A stretch of DNA of 41,226 nt from Alphaproteobacteria bacterium (lineage in GTDB: Bacteria; Pseudomonadota; Alphaproteobacteria; Micavibrionales; Micavibrionaceae), in assembly GCA_020445145.1 (NCBI GenBank), contig JAGRHC010000026.1, positions 10,035 to 51,260 of the forward strand, given 5' to 3'. Below are positions 18,806-28,552 of the stretch, piece by piece (the first letter of the stretch is position 1; each line of letters starts with the position of its first letter). Under the pieces are notes generated by a model, which saw only the letters and a list, made by a program, of their open reading frames with translations, was not told the origin of the DNA and did not search any database. A program made the position numbers and the translations under genes.

Positions 18806-20098
18806 TCACGAAAGCTTGTCGAGGTACATTCGCATGTGGTCAGCGCCTTCATCCGACAATTCCAGTAATGAGCCACGACGATCTCCAATGAGAGGAATCA
18901 TCGCCGGATAAATTGAGTTTTCAAGTACCTGGCGCATACGCACGATCCCCTCTATATTAGGGTCACCTTTCAGGTCCGCAAGACTTTGCCCTTTATGCGC
19001 TACTTTCTCAAGGCGCTCCAGCATGATGATATGGGGCTGGTAGCCTTTGGGGACATGCTCCCATGCGGTCAATGCGTGCGGTAAAAAACGCGCAACATTC
19101 ATCGGAACAGTACGGGTTGGGTTAAATTCAGAACTCTTATCAAAAAAATTATTCACCACATTTAGCATCGTCATATTTAACCCGAGCATTGCATCGAGAC
19201 TTCGAATTGCTTTTTTCATTTTAGGCCAGCGTTTATAGGCCTCTTCGCTCATGGGAATGGTGCTGAAGAGGAAATTCCGTTTTCTGGTAAAGGCCAGATT
19301 TTCATCTTGGGAAAACGTATTATCACCGAAAAACTTGTTCGGCATTATTCGTGTTGATGCCCCCTCAATTGTATCGGTTATTTTTAGGTCGTAAGAAAAA
19401 AGATGTACGAGGGTGCCGCGGAAATAGTCATCCATTCTGCCCTCAAAAAATGGAACTTCTTGCCATTTTGTTTTTCCTGCAGAATCGACTTCCCATTGAT
19501 GGGTTTTACTGCTGACCGTTTTTACGATTAACGATGCCAACGTTGCCCTGCGACGGCCAATTAGCAGCTCATCTTCTGAAATACTTCCGTCTGCATGTTT
19601 TTCATGCAATCTCTTTTCCAAAGGAGCATATATTCCTAAAGTCGGCGTTTTTCCAAAATCTTCATAGCTGTCATGGCGCAGTTTGGAGGTCAGGAGGGCT
19701 TCAATATCTCCATGATCCTTAAGATTATCCAGCGTATAGATCCCGCTGCGCAAAAGACTCAATGTTGGCAGGAGATTTCTGAATTCGTGATACCAGTTGG
19801 GTGTTTCCCCATCTTTTCGTAAAGATTTATCGCCACTTTTTTCATCAAGGAGCTCTAGAAATGACTGCTCGACCAGAACCCAGTCCATATCCCTGCAAAG
19901 GCGCATAAAGGCCTGTTTTGCTTTTTCGACGTTTACAGGTCGTATTGTCTCTTCTTCTGTTTGAAAATTGATTTCGGCGAAAAAAGAATCAAGCGCAGGA
20001 TTTATACGCTTACGCCCCTTGAACTCAAGCAAAGGTTGCGCCACTCGATGAAACATTTTTCCTAAGAATTCAGGCATACCGCCTGCAACCACAGTCAT
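18806..20098 (-). CDS. Hypothetical protein, 430 aa, ORFan-like, no TM, no recognisable motif
   Basis: Clean 430-codon ORF between dapE and dapD on the same strand. It is visibly AT-richer (about 40-43% GC) than the flanking genes (about 52%). ATG start at 20098. Confidence 0.6.
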   Translation of the reverse strand: MTVVAGGMPEFLGKMFHRVAQPLLEFKGRKRINPALDSFFAEINFQTEEETIRPVNVEKAKQAFMRLCRDMDWVLVEQSFLELLDEKSGDKSLRKDGETPNWYHEFRNLLPTLSLLRSGIYTLDNLKDHGDIEALLTSKLRHDSYEDFGKTPTLGIYAPLEKRLHEKHADGSISEDELLIGRRRATLASLIVKTVSSKTHQWEVDSAGKTKWQEVPFFEGRMDDYFRGTLVHLFSYDLKITDTIEGASTRIMPNKFFGDNTFSQDENLAFTRKRNFLFSTIPMSEEAYKRWPKMKKAIRSLDAMLGLNMTMLNVVNNFFDKSSEFNPTRTVPMNVARFLPHALTAWEHVPKGYQPHIIMLERLEKVAHKGQSLADLKGDPNIEGIVRMRQVLENSIYPAMIPLIGDRRGSLLELSDEGADHMRMYLDKLS

Positions 20099-20190
20099 TT
20101 TTTATACCCGTCTAAGCCCGTTGGCCGTGTATACATCAGCTTGCGCATAAAACGCAAAATAATTTTACATAGCTTACATTTGTCGTGCAA

Positions 20191-21066
20191 CTAATCCCGA
20201 AGGAGTGCGTTTACACCTGTTTTGCTACGGGTTTGGGCGTCGACGCGCTTGACGATGACAGCGCAGGCCAGATTGGGGCCGGGTGTACCATCCGGCAAAG
20301 GTTTACCGGGGAGCGTGCCGGGCACGACAACAGCGTAAGATGGGACACGCCCACGCGTGACTTCGCCTGTTTCACGGTCGATGATTTTGGTTGATGCACC
20401 GATGAAAACACCCATCGAAATTACTGCGCCTTTTTCAACGATGACCCCTTCCGCGATCTCAGACCGTGCACCGATGAAGACATCATCTTCTATGATGACC
20501 GGCTCAGCTTGAAGCGGCTCGAGGACGCCGCCGATGCCGACTCCGCCCGAGATATGACAGTTTTTACCCACTTGCGCGCAGGAGCCAACGGTTGACCATG
20601 TGTCTATCATTGTCCCCTCGCCGACATAAGCGCCAACATTAATGAAGCACGGCATCAAAACCGCGCCCCTCGCAACGTAGGCCGAGCGGCGCACAATTGA
20701 GCCTGGAACAGCGCGGAAGCCTGCGTGGTCGAAGGCTGTTTCGCCCCAGCCCAGAAATTTGCTCCCAACTTTATCGTACCAGCTTGATGCGCCGGGACCA
20801 CCGGATATGGGGTGCATATCATTGAGGCGGAAAGACAACAGTACCGCCTTCTTGAGCCATTGGTTCACGACCCAGCCATTTTCTGACGGCGCTGCGACCC
20901 TTAACATGCCTGAATCCAATAGATTGAGAGCCTCTTCCACAGCTTCGCGCAGAGCACCTTGGGTACTTGGCGAAATTTCAGAGCGCGCTTCCCATCCCTG
21001 CTCGATTGTTGCCTGCAGGTCATTATACTGTTCGTTCATTTCCGTGCGTCTTTCGGCTTGTGTCAT
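20191..21066 (-). CDS. dapD: 2,3,4,5-tetrahydropyridine-2,6-dicarboxylate N-succinyltransferase
   Basis: Left-handed beta-helix hexapeptide repeats ([51 protein letters not shown]). The DapD N-terminal domain is MTQAERR... from ATG 21066. The ORF is open to 21129. Confidence 0.9.
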   Translation of the reverse strand: MTQAERRTEMNEQYNDLQATIEQGWEARSEISPSTQGALREAVEEALNLLDSGMLRVAAPSENGWVVNQWLKKAVLLSFRLNDMHPISGGPGASSWYDKVGSKFLGWGETAFDHAGFRAVPGSIVRRSAYVARGAVLMPCFINVGAYVGEGTMIDTWSTVGSCAQVGKNCHISGGVGIGGVLEPLQAEPVIIEDDVFIGARSEIAEGVIVEKGAVISMGVFIGASTKIIDRETGEVTRGRVPSYAVVVPGTLPGKPLPDGTPGPNLACAVIVKRVDAQTRSKTGVNALLRD

Positions 21067-21342
21067 CTTATTGGCTCTATTTTTCGAGGAACTTCTCTGC
21101 AATTCATCATGGAAAGACGCAGAAATCAAGCTTTAAGCTTTGAAGATCGGAAAAAATTAAAGACAAACTCTTTTCTTTGCAGAATACATTTCTTTGTGGG
21201 ATAAATCGTTTTATGACAGATGCGATATTGGATGAAAAGCTTGAGAACGCTATAGTGTAGCGAAGCTGTCAGAAATACTATGGAAGTTAGGGCCGGAATG
21301 GGTACGTTCGCTGCATTTTTGCGCAGAGAATCGTGTTTGGCT

Positions 21343-22320
21343 ATGAGTGTAGCCGGACTCAGGGTTTGTTTTGCGTTTTTGTTTATAATTTACGGGCTAG
21401 CGCCGCTTGTGGCTCATGCCGGGAAAAATCCTTGGGATTCAAAGCTTCTGGTTGCCAATGCGCCTGAGGCTGAAGTCCCAAAACCGCTTGAAAAACCGGA
21501 AACTCCTCCCCCCGCTGCTCCCAAAGAGATTTCTCCTGCTGTTAAAACGTCTGATGTCCAGAAGCTTCATTATGATGTCTATGCCGGTGGTGTTCATGCT
21601 GTGCTGGCTGATTTGACCGTCGACATGAGTGAAAAAGGCCGATACTCCATGTTTTTTGAAGCAGAAACACGCGGCATTCTTGAGACATTCGTGCCATGGA
21701 AAGGATTGTTTGAATCAAAAGGGTGGGCCCTTAAAGGTGGAGAGAGAATTCCCGAACTTCACGAATCGACCGCGATCTGGCAGGAAGAGCGTGAGGTCAA
21801 ATCCTATCACTACGATAAGAAAGACGGCTTTCAGGATCTGGTTGTTTCGTATGTCGGGAAGAAACCACGCACGGAAGATACAGATAAAGACCTGGCTAAG
21901 GACACTACGGATGTTCTGACAGCAACGCTTTTGATCATGGAGCACATTTCTCAGAGCGGTAATTGTGACGGGTCTTCCGATATTTTTGATGGAAGACGCA
22001 GATTCTCTCTGGTCTTTCATCATGAGGGTTATTCGAAGCTAGAGAAAAGCCGTTATAACGCCTATAGCGGTCCAGCGATTGCTTGCACTGTTGAAGTTAA
22101 ACCAGAGGGCGGTGCGTGGCACAAAAAGCCGCGCGGCTGGATGTCAATTCAGGAACAGGGCCGCGTACGCGGAATGATGCCGACTGTGTGGTTTGCCCGA
22201 ATCGGTGATAGCGAGATCGCCGTACCGGTCCGTGTTCTGGTTAAAACTGCTTATGGGACAATGTTTATGCACCTTAAGACCTACAATAGCGGCGACCTTG
22301 TTCTAACAGCCAACAAATAG
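21343..22320 (+). CDS. Secreted DUF3108-like protein
   Basis: MSVAGLRVCFAFLFIIYGLAPLVAHA signal peptide. A Pro-rich linker, then LHYDVYAGGVHAVLADLTV, typical of the DUF3108 N-terminus. The ORF is open from 21280. Confidence 0.55.
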   Translation: MSVAGLRVCFAFLFIIYGLAPLVAHAGKNPWDSKLLVANAPEAEVPKPLEKPETPPPAAPKEISPAVKTSDVQKLHYDVYAGGVHAVLADLTVDMSEKGRYSMFFEAETRGILETFVPWKGLFESKGWALKGGERIPELHESTAIWQEEREVKSYHYDKKDGFQDLVVSYVGKKPRTEDTDKDLAKDTTDVLTATLLIMEHISQSGNCDGSSDIFDGRRRFSLVFHHEGYSKLEKSRYNAYSGPAIACTVEVKPEGGAWHKKPRGWMSIQEQGRVRGMMPTVWFARIGDSEIAVPVRVLVKTAYGTMFMHLKTYNSGDLVLTANK

Positions 22321-22335
22321 AGGAATTCGAAGACC

Positions 22336-23697
22336 ATGGCGAAAAGACATAGACCTCTTGCTGTCGTTATTCTGGCTGCTGGAAAAGGCACCCGGATGAA
22401 ATCCGACAAGCCCAAGGTTCTCTTTGAGCTTGCCGGTATGCCCATGATTAACTGGCTGCTTTCTTCGATTGAGTCATTAAATCCGGATCGTGTCGTAACT
22501 GTTATCGGGCCGGGTATGGATGACCTCGCAAGCGCTGTTTCTCCTTATGAAACCGCTGTGCAGCTGGAGCAGAACGGGACTGCCGGAGCGCTTTATGCCG
22601 CGATGGCGCCTTTGCAGGGTTTTGACGGCGATATCCTTGTTCTGTTGGGTGACACGCCCCTGATTTCGACGCAGACGATGGAGAATTTGATCGCGACGCG
22701 GCATCAGGACGCGGTGACGGGTATTGCCGTTCTGGGGACCGAGATGGATGACCCGACCGGGTATGGCCGCCTTTTGATCGGGCAGGACGGGTATCTTGCG
22801 GCGATCCGTGAGGAAAAAGATGCGAGCGTGATGGAAAAAACTGTCCGGCTTGTAAACACTGGCGCCTTTTGCCTTGATTCCCGGCGGGTCGATCGTTGGC
22901 TTTCTCTGGTTTCGAACCGAAACGCACAGAAAGAGTTTTATATCACAGACCTTCCGGAAATTGCGGCGCGTGACGGGCTTCGAACCCGGATTTGCGTAAC
23001 GATGAACCGCGCGGAAGTGCAAGGCGTAAATACGCGCGCGCAGCTCGGTGCCCTTGAGGCGGCAGCGCAAAATCGTTTGCGGACGCATTTCATGGAAAAT
23101 GGTGTGGTCATGCAGGATTCTTCCAGTGTTTACCTGCATTATGATACCAAAATCGGCGCCGGCACCATTGTTGAACCGCATGTGGTTATTGGACCCAGTG
23201 TTGAAATCGGGGAAAACGTTCATATCAAAGCCTTTTGTCATTTCGAAGGCGCTAAAATCTCCAACGGCGTCACGGTCGGTCCGTTTGCGCGGCTGCGCCC
23301 AGGCGCAGTGATCGGAGAAGATGCGCGTATCGGTAATTTTGTTGAAGTTAAAAACTCGAATATCGGCAACCGTAGTAAGATCAACCATCTGGGCTATGTT
23401 GGCGATTGCGATATGGGTGATGACGTTAATTTCAGCTGCGGCGCGATTACAGTTAATTATGACGGCTTCCAGAAGCACCGCACGACAATCGGTAAAGGGG
23501 TTATGATCGGCAGCAACGTCAACCTGATAGCCCCGGTTGAGGTCGATGACGGCGCCTTTATTGCCGCAGGTTCCACTATCACCGAAGATGTTCCCGCAGA
23601 CGCCTTGTCCGTTTCCCGCTCCAAACCCGAAGTCCGTCAAGGCTGGGCCGCGGCCTACCGCAAGCGTAAAGAAAAAAACAAGCCTGAAAAGGGCTGA
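22336..23697 (+). CDS. glmU: Bifunctional UDP-N-acetylglucosamine pyrophosphorylase / glucosamine-1-phosphate N-acetyltransferase
   Basis: AVILAAGKGTRMKS uridyltransferase motif. C-terminal hexapeptide-repeat acetyltransferase domain. 453 aa. Confidence 0.95.
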   Translation: MAKRHRPLAVVILAAGKGTRMKSDKPKVLFELAGMPMINWLLSSIESLNPDRVVTVIGPGMDDLASAVSPYETAVQLEQNGTAGALYAAMAPLQGFDGDILVLLGDTPLISTQTMENLIATRHQDAVTGIAVLGTEMDDPTGYGRLLIGQDGYLAAIREEKDASVMEKTVRLVNTGAFCLDSRRVDRWLSLVSNRNAQKEFYITDLPEIAARDGLRTRICVTMNRAEVQGVNTRAQLGALEAAAQNRLRTHFMENGVVMQDSSSVYLHYDTKIGAGTIVEPHVVIGPSVEIGENVHIKAFCHFEGAKISNGVTVGPFARLRPGAVIGEDARIGNFVEVKNSNIGNRSKINHLGYVGDCDMGDDVNFSCGAITVNYDGFQKHRTTIGKGVMIGSNVNLIAPVEVDDGAFIAAGSTITEDVPADALSVSRSKPEVRQGWAAAYRKRKEKNKPEKG

Positions 23698-23779
23698 TTT
23701 TTCTTGACTTACGCGCCGAGACAAACAATATCTAACCCAATTATTTTTAATAATATGGGAAAGCCGGGAGGGCGCATCT

Positions 23780-25117
23780 ATGCTACATAACTTTGATATC
23801 GCTGGCATTTTGTCGATTTTAGGCGCTCTCGCGCTTTTATCTGTTGTTGTCGCCTTCTGGTTGCGCCGCGTCGTGCCTACGAACGAAGTCCATATTGTCC
23901 AGTCTCGTAAATCGACCAAATCCTATGGCAAGGATACGAATAATGGCAACACCTACTATGAGTGGCCATCGTGGTTCCCACTCATCGGGGTGACTAAAAT
24001 CGTTATGCCTGTGTCGGTTTTCGACGTCCAGCTTGAAGCCTACGAAGCCTATGACGTCGGCCGTGTACCGTTTGTAGTCGATATCGTTGCTTTTTTCCGT
24101 ATTGCCGACAGCAATCTCGCCGCTCAGCGTGTCGCCAGCTTTGGCGAGCTTGAAAACCAGCTGCGCTCCATCGTGCAGGGGGCCGTGCGGACAATTCTGG
24201 CCTCTCACGACATCGATAAAATCATGTTGGAACGCAGCGTCTACGGCGAGCAATTTACGGAAGCCGTTAGCGATCAGTTGAAAAGCTGGGGCGTTGTGCC
24301 GGTCAAGAATATTGAATTGATGGACATCCGTGACGCTTTGGATAACCGCGTTATTCACAACATCATGGAGAAGAAGAAATCCCTGATTGAGATGCAAAGC
24401 CGTGTTGAAGTTGCCGACAACATCAAGAATGCTGAAATTGCGGAAATTGAAGCCCAAAGAGAGCGTGATATTAAAGATCAACAAGCGCAACAGGCTGTGG
24501 GCGAACGCACCGCCGAAAAAGATCAGGCTGTCGGAATTGCCAACGAAAAGGCGGCGCAAGAAATTAAGGATCAGCAGCGAATTACCAAGGAAAAGGAAAT
24601 GGCTGTGGTTCAGGTTAATGATGTGAAGCGGGCAGAGATCACTCGCGATGTAAACGTCGTTAAAGCTGACGAAGACAAACAGGCCATGATCCTGCGCGCG
24701 GACGGTCACCTTGAATCCAAAAAACGCGAAGCGGAAGCGATTACCGTTGAAGGGAACGCCCGCGCGGACGCGGAGAAGGCTATGCAGCTTGCCCCCGTCC
24801 AAGCGCAGATCGAACTTGCCCGCGAAATCGGAAGTAACGAAGGCTACCAAAGTTATCTCGTATCTATCCGCGCGATCGAAGCCAACCAGATTGTCGGGAC
24901 TGAGCAGGCGCAGGCCTTGAAAGTTGCAGACCTGAAGGTTATCGCCAATGCAGGCGATGCCGTCTCCGGCGTCAACACAGTCATGGATCTGTTTTCTTCC
25001 AAGGGCGGTACGGAACTGGCTGCTATGGTCGAGGCTTTCGCGCAAACCGAACAAGGGCAGGCTGTTCTGCAAAAATTCGGCATTCACGGTAAGAAGCAAA
25101 AGGCGGACAAGGCTTAA
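23780..25117 (+). CDS. Flotillin-like SPFH/band-7 family membrane protein (YqiK-like)
   Basis: N-terminal TM (ILSILGALALLSVVVAFWL), SPFH domain, then a long EA/AQ-rich coiled-coil (EIAEIEAQRERDIKDQQAQQAVGERTAEKD). GGGAGGG RBS. Confidence 0.85.
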   Translation: MLHNFDIAGILSILGALALLSVVVAFWLRRVVPTNEVHIVQSRKSTKSYGKDTNNGNTYYEWPSWFPLIGVTKIVMPVSVFDVQLEAYEAYDVGRVPFVVDIVAFFRIADSNLAAQRVASFGELENQLRSIVQGAVRTILASHDIDKIMLERSVYGEQFTEAVSDQLKSWGVVPVKNIELMDIRDALDNRVIHNIMEKKKSLIEMQSRVEVADNIKNAEIAEIEAQRERDIKDQQAQQAVGERTAEKDQAVGIANEKAAQEIKDQQRITKEKEMAVVQVNDVKRAEITRDVNVVKADEDKQAMILRADGHLESKKREAEAITVEGNARADAEKAMQLAPVQAQIELAREIGSNEGYQSYLVSIRAIEANQIVGTEQAQALKVADLKVIANAGDAVSGVNTVMDLFSSKGGTELAAMVEAFAQTEQGQAVLQKFGIHGKKQKADKA

Positions 25118-25223
25118 GCCTCTCTGTTTTTTGCTTTTGCAATAATCCGTAATATGGCGTGACTTGCCTTTTGTTCTGCCAGGTTTAGGATAAGGGCGTT
25201 TCGAAAAAGAGGAAAATCATATT

Positions 25224-27053
25224 ATGTGCGGTATTATCGGCATTATCAGTGAAAAGGACGTTGCCCCCTCTTTGCTTGAAGGGCTAAGGCGGCTTGAGTA
25301 TCGGGGTTACGATTCTGCCGGGATTGCAACGCTGGCGAACGGGCATATCGAGCGGTGCCGGGCGGAGGGGAAGCTTGCGAACCTTGCCGGGAAGGTAGAA
25401 AAATCGCCTTTGCCGGGCGATGTCGGCATCGGGCATACACGCTGGGCTACCCATGGGTTGCCCAATGAGCGCAATGCTCATCCGCATGCCAATCAACGGG
25501 TTGCGGTTGTTCATAACGGAATTATCGAGAATTATGCCGCTCTCAAAGCCGAGCTCGAGGAGTCTCAGGCGCGATTTGAGAGCGAAACTGATACCGAAGT
25601 GATCGTCCATCTGGTCAGTCATTACCTCAATCAGGGGATGGGGCCCGTGGATGCTGCGAACGCGACTTTTGCAAGGCTTGAGGGTGCTTACGCGATTGTG
25701 ATGATTTTTGCCGGAGAGCATGATCTGATGGTCGGGGTCCGGCAAGGTACTCCGCTGGCAGTTGGTTACGGTGAAGGTGAGATGTTTGTTGCTTCTGATT
25801 CTTATGCTCTGGCCCCCCTCACCCGAAAAATATGTTTTCTGGAGGATGGTGACCGCGTGGTTGTGACGCGTCAGGGCGCCCAGATTTCCAACCGTGACGG
25901 GCAAAGCATCGAGCGCGCCGTTCGCATGACCGAGCAGTCCGGTGCGACGACGGGTAAGGGCGAATATCGGCACTTTATGCTCAAGGAAATCTATGAGCAG
26001 CCTGCTGTGATCGGGCAAACCCTGAATACTTTTGTCAATGCATCTAGCGGCCAGATCAACGTTCCTGCCGATATTCTGGAGGCTTTGACGACCGCGCCGC
26101 GTATTACGCTGGTGGCTTGCGGAACGGCTTATTATGCCTGCATGGTGGCGAAATACTGGTTCGAGCAAATTGCGCGCATTCCTTGCGAGATTGATGTGGC
26201 CAGCGAGTTTCGTTACCGCGAGGCGCCGATGCCTGCGGGCGGGCTTGCCCTCTTTATTTCCCAGTCAGGCGAAACGCTGGATACACTCGAAGCCTTGCGC
26301 TATTGCAAGCGGCAGAAGCAAAAAATCCTGTCTATCGTCAATACGATTGAAAGTACGATCGAGCGCGAGTCCGATTTTGTCCTGCACACGCTGGCGGGCC
26401 CGGAAATCGGTGTTGCCTCGACCAAGGCTTTTACAACGCAGATCACAACGCTCGCGTGCCTTGCGCTTGCGTCGGCGATGAAAACAGGGGCGATCAGCGC
26501 GGCAGATGAACAAAAAATGGGTGAGGCCTTGCGCCGTGTTCCGGCGATTGCTGCGGATATCTTGCAGCATGACGGGGCGATCCTCCAGATCGCAAAGGAT
26601 ATTGCGGAGGCACGCGATGTCCTTTATCTGGGGCGGGGAAGTCTTTATCCGATTGCGCTTGAGGGGGCCCTGAAACTTAAGGAAATTTCCTATATTCACG
26701 CGGAAGGCTACGCATCCGGCGAGATGAAGCACGGGCCGATTGCGCTGATTGATGATAGCGTGCCGGTGGTGGTGATTGCCCCGGCGGAAGATCCGATGTT
26801 CGAAAAGAACGTCTCTAATATCCAGGAAACCATTGCGCGCGGCGGAAAAGTTTTCCTGATTTCCGATGAAGAAGGGGCGAAGGCTCTGGCCGAGCGGGTT
26901 ACATGGCAAGTGGCTTTGGGCGCTGTGCATCCGTTTGTTGCGCCGATCCTGTATGCGATCCCCGTCCAGCTTCTGGCCTATCATGTGGCTGTCCTCAAGG
27001 GGACGGACGTCGACCAACCGCGCAACCTGGCGAAGAGCGTGACGGTGGAGTAG
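25224..27053 (+). CDS. glmS: Glutamine--fructose-6-phosphate aminotransferase (isomerising)
   Basis: MCGIIGI N-terminal nucleophile Cys. Two SIS domains. C-terminal AKSVTVE. 609 aa. Confidence 0.95.
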   Translation: MCGIIGIISEKDVAPSLLEGLRRLEYRGYDSAGIATLANGHIERCRAEGKLANLAGKVEKSPLPGDVGIGHTRWATHGLPNERNAHPHANQRVAVVHNGIIENYAALKAELEESQARFESETDTEVIVHLVSHYLNQGMGPVDAANATFARLEGAYAIVMIFAGEHDLMVGVRQGTPLAVGYGEGEMFVASDSYALAPLTRKICFLEDGDRVVVTRQGAQISNRDGQSIERAVRMTEQSGATTGKGEYRHFMLKEIYEQPAVIGQTLNTFVNASSGQINVPADILEALTTAPRITLVACGTAYYACMVAKYWFEQIARIPCEIDVASEFRYREAPMPAGGLALFISQSGETLDTLEALRYCKRQKQKILSIVNTIESTIERESDFVLHTLAGPEIGVASTKAFTTQITTLACLALASAMKTGAISAADEQKMGEALRRVPAIAADILQHDGAILQIAKDIAEARDVLYLGRGSLYPIALEGALKLKEISYIHAEGYASGEMKHGPIALIDDSVPVVVIAPAEDPMFEKNVSNIQETIARGGKVFLISDEEGAKALAERVTWQVALGAVHPFVAPILYAIPVQLLAYHVAVLKGTDVDQPRNLAKSVTVE

Positions 27054-27062
27054 CCGCTTTCC

Positions 27063-27974
27063 TTATTGGCCTTTGTGCATGACCAGCGTGGTCCATTCGC
27101 TCATATCGTAGCGTTTTTTCAGGGTCAGCCCCTCTCCCTCATAGGCGGAGGCGACGAGGTCGGCTTGCTCGACCAGCATACCGGAGAGGACGCAGTAGCC
27201 ATTATCATCCAGAACGCGGCAGAGCTCCGGGGCCATTTCGATCACTGGCCCGGCCAGAATGTTTGCTAAAATCAATTCATAGGGTTTTATGCGTTCTACT
27301 TCCGGTGTGGCAAACCCATCGCCGCAAGCGCAAACCATACAGCCCTTACCAAGTTTAACGCCGTTCATCCGGGCGTGGCGCTCGGTTACGTGAACGCTTT
27401 CCTCGTCATTGTCTACGGCGAGAACAGGGGATTTCCATAGCTTCCAAGCCGCGATGGCCAAAATGCCGGACCCGGTTCCCATATCCAGCGTATTCCATGG
27501 GCAGACCCCCATTCCTTTGAGGTCGAGCATTGCTTGCAGGCAGCCACGGGTTGTTTCATGCTCGCCGGAGCCAAACGCCGTGGCTGCATCGATCTGGAGC
27601 GGGATCTGTCCTTGCGGGGGCTCATCGCTATAATGGCTGCCGTAGATGAAAAACGGGCCGACGGAAAAAGGTGGAAATGCGTGATAACATTTTTCCAGCC
27701 AGTTTATGTCCGGGGTTTCTTCTATGCTTAGATCAGCGGGTTTTACGTTCACATCGACCAGATTATGCGCAGCGGCCTGAAGAGCCAGACGTGCCGTCAG
27801 GTCTTGCGCGTCAGGTTTTTCTGCTACTATCCACTCAATAAACCATGCGCCTGTATGTTTATTGCCTTCCCGCAACGTACTGCTCGCGAGAGCGACATCG
27901 ACAAAGGCTTCGGCGAGGCAAAATATCGCCTCGTCGGGCAGTGTTTTGGGTAATTTCAGACGAACGGTGTACAA
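27063..27974 (-). CDS. prmA: Ribosomal protein L11 methyltransferase
   Basis: GSGEHETTRGCL and LDMGTGSGILAIAA SAM-binding motifs. 303 aa. Confidence 0.9.
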   Translation of the reverse strand: MYTVRLKLPKTLPDEAIFCLAEAFVDVALASSTLREGNKHTGAWFIEWIVAEKPDAQDLTARLALQAAAHNLVDVNVKPADLSIEETPDINWLEKCYHAFPPFSVGPFFIYGSHYSDEPPQGQIPLQIDAATAFGSGEHETTRGCLQAMLDLKGMGVCPWNTLDMGTGSGILAIAAWKLWKSPVLAVDNDEESVHVTERHARMNGVKLGKGCMVCACGDGFATPEVERIKPYELILANILAGPVIEMAPELCRVLDDNGYCVLSGMLVEQADLVASAYEGEGLTLKKRYDMSEWTTLVMHKGQ

Positions 27975-27980
27975 GCGCTC

Positions 27981-28397
27981 TTAGTCTTCGTCATCGAGAA
28001 TGGCGGAATCTTCTTCCTCATCCTCGTCAAGATCGCCATCCAGATCGTCGTCGAATTCCGGAATGTCGTCCAGATCATCTTCATCGTCGAGGGTCATGGC
28101 CTCGTCATCCTCGTCTTCGTCTTCCATCTCCTCGACATCCTCGAGGCTTACCACTTCGAGATCATCCTCTTCATCAAGAATGTCCTCTTCGTTTTCATTG
28201 GCTGTCGCCTCTGAAACCTGCCCTTCTTTTTTGTCCTCGATCGCAACGCGGCCGCGGCGGCTTTTGATCTTGATTTCCCCTGTAAATTCAACGGAACATG
28301 CCGGGCAAACAATCGGGCGCTTGTTCAAATCGTAAAAACGATTACCGCATCCGGTGCAAATTCTTTTCATTCCTGCTGGGCTGGCTGTTGCGCTCAC
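27981..28397 (-). CDS. FYDLN_acid family (TIGR02300-like) zinc-ribbon protein with an extreme acidic C-terminal tail
   Basis: GMKRICTGCGNRFYDLNKRPIVCPACSVEF is the zinc ribbon with the FYDLN motif. About 70 C-terminal residues are mostly D/E. Likely GTG start at 28397, 6 nt after an AGGAGGA RBS. The first ATG is at 28370. The ORF is open to 28475. Confidence 0.8.
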   Translation of the reverse strand: MSATASPAGMKRICTGCGNRFYDLNKRPIVCPACSVEFTGEIKIKSRRGRVAIEDKKEGQVSEATANENEEDILDEEDDLEVVSLEDVEEMEDEDEDDEAMTLDDEDDLDDIPEFDDDLDGDLDEDEEEDSAILDDED

Positions 28398-28552
28398 GGG
28401 GGGTCCTCCTTCAATGGTCGTGCTTTCAAGCCTTGAGTGCCTGATTTTTAAACTTCTGTCAATTGCAAAACGCATAGACCGGACGGCCTGATCGTTGTAG
28501 AGTATAGGAAGACGTATCTTATTTATTTTTCAACGCATAAAGAGATGAATCC

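Noticed and set aside
20130-20160. TTGCG-cataaaa-CGCAA inverted repeat downstream of dapD
   Set aside because: Only a 5-bp stem with no T-run on the dapD strand. Too weak to call a terminator or operator.
21120-21145. AAGCTTTAAGCTTTGAAG near-palindrome in the dapD / DUF3108 divergent region
   Set aside because: Short and imperfect. It could be a regulator site, but there is nothing to anchor it.
22477-23919. 480-aa minus-strand ORF
   Set aside because: Entirely antisense to the strongly supported glmU gene. Arg/His/Pro-rich low-complexity translation. Typical spurious antisense ORF.
23837-25099. 420-aa minus-strand ORF
   Set aside because: Antisense to the flotillin gene. The long open frame reflects the repetitive GAA/GCN-rich coding of the coiled-coil. 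No start or RBS context.
25118-25223. Possible glmS ribozyme or leader upstream of glmS
   Set aside because: The glmS ribozyme is a Gram-positive element. The 106-bp spacer has none of its conserved core and looks like an ordinary promoter/RBS region.
25284-27017. Minus-strand ORFs 25284-26168 and 26265-27017
   Set aside because: Antisense to glmS.
28000-28335. Poly-serine ORF (MAESSSSSSSRSPSRSSS...)
   Set aside because: Reverse-complement reading of the GAN-rich codons that encode the D/E tail of the FYDLN_acid protein. An artefact of the acidic repeat.
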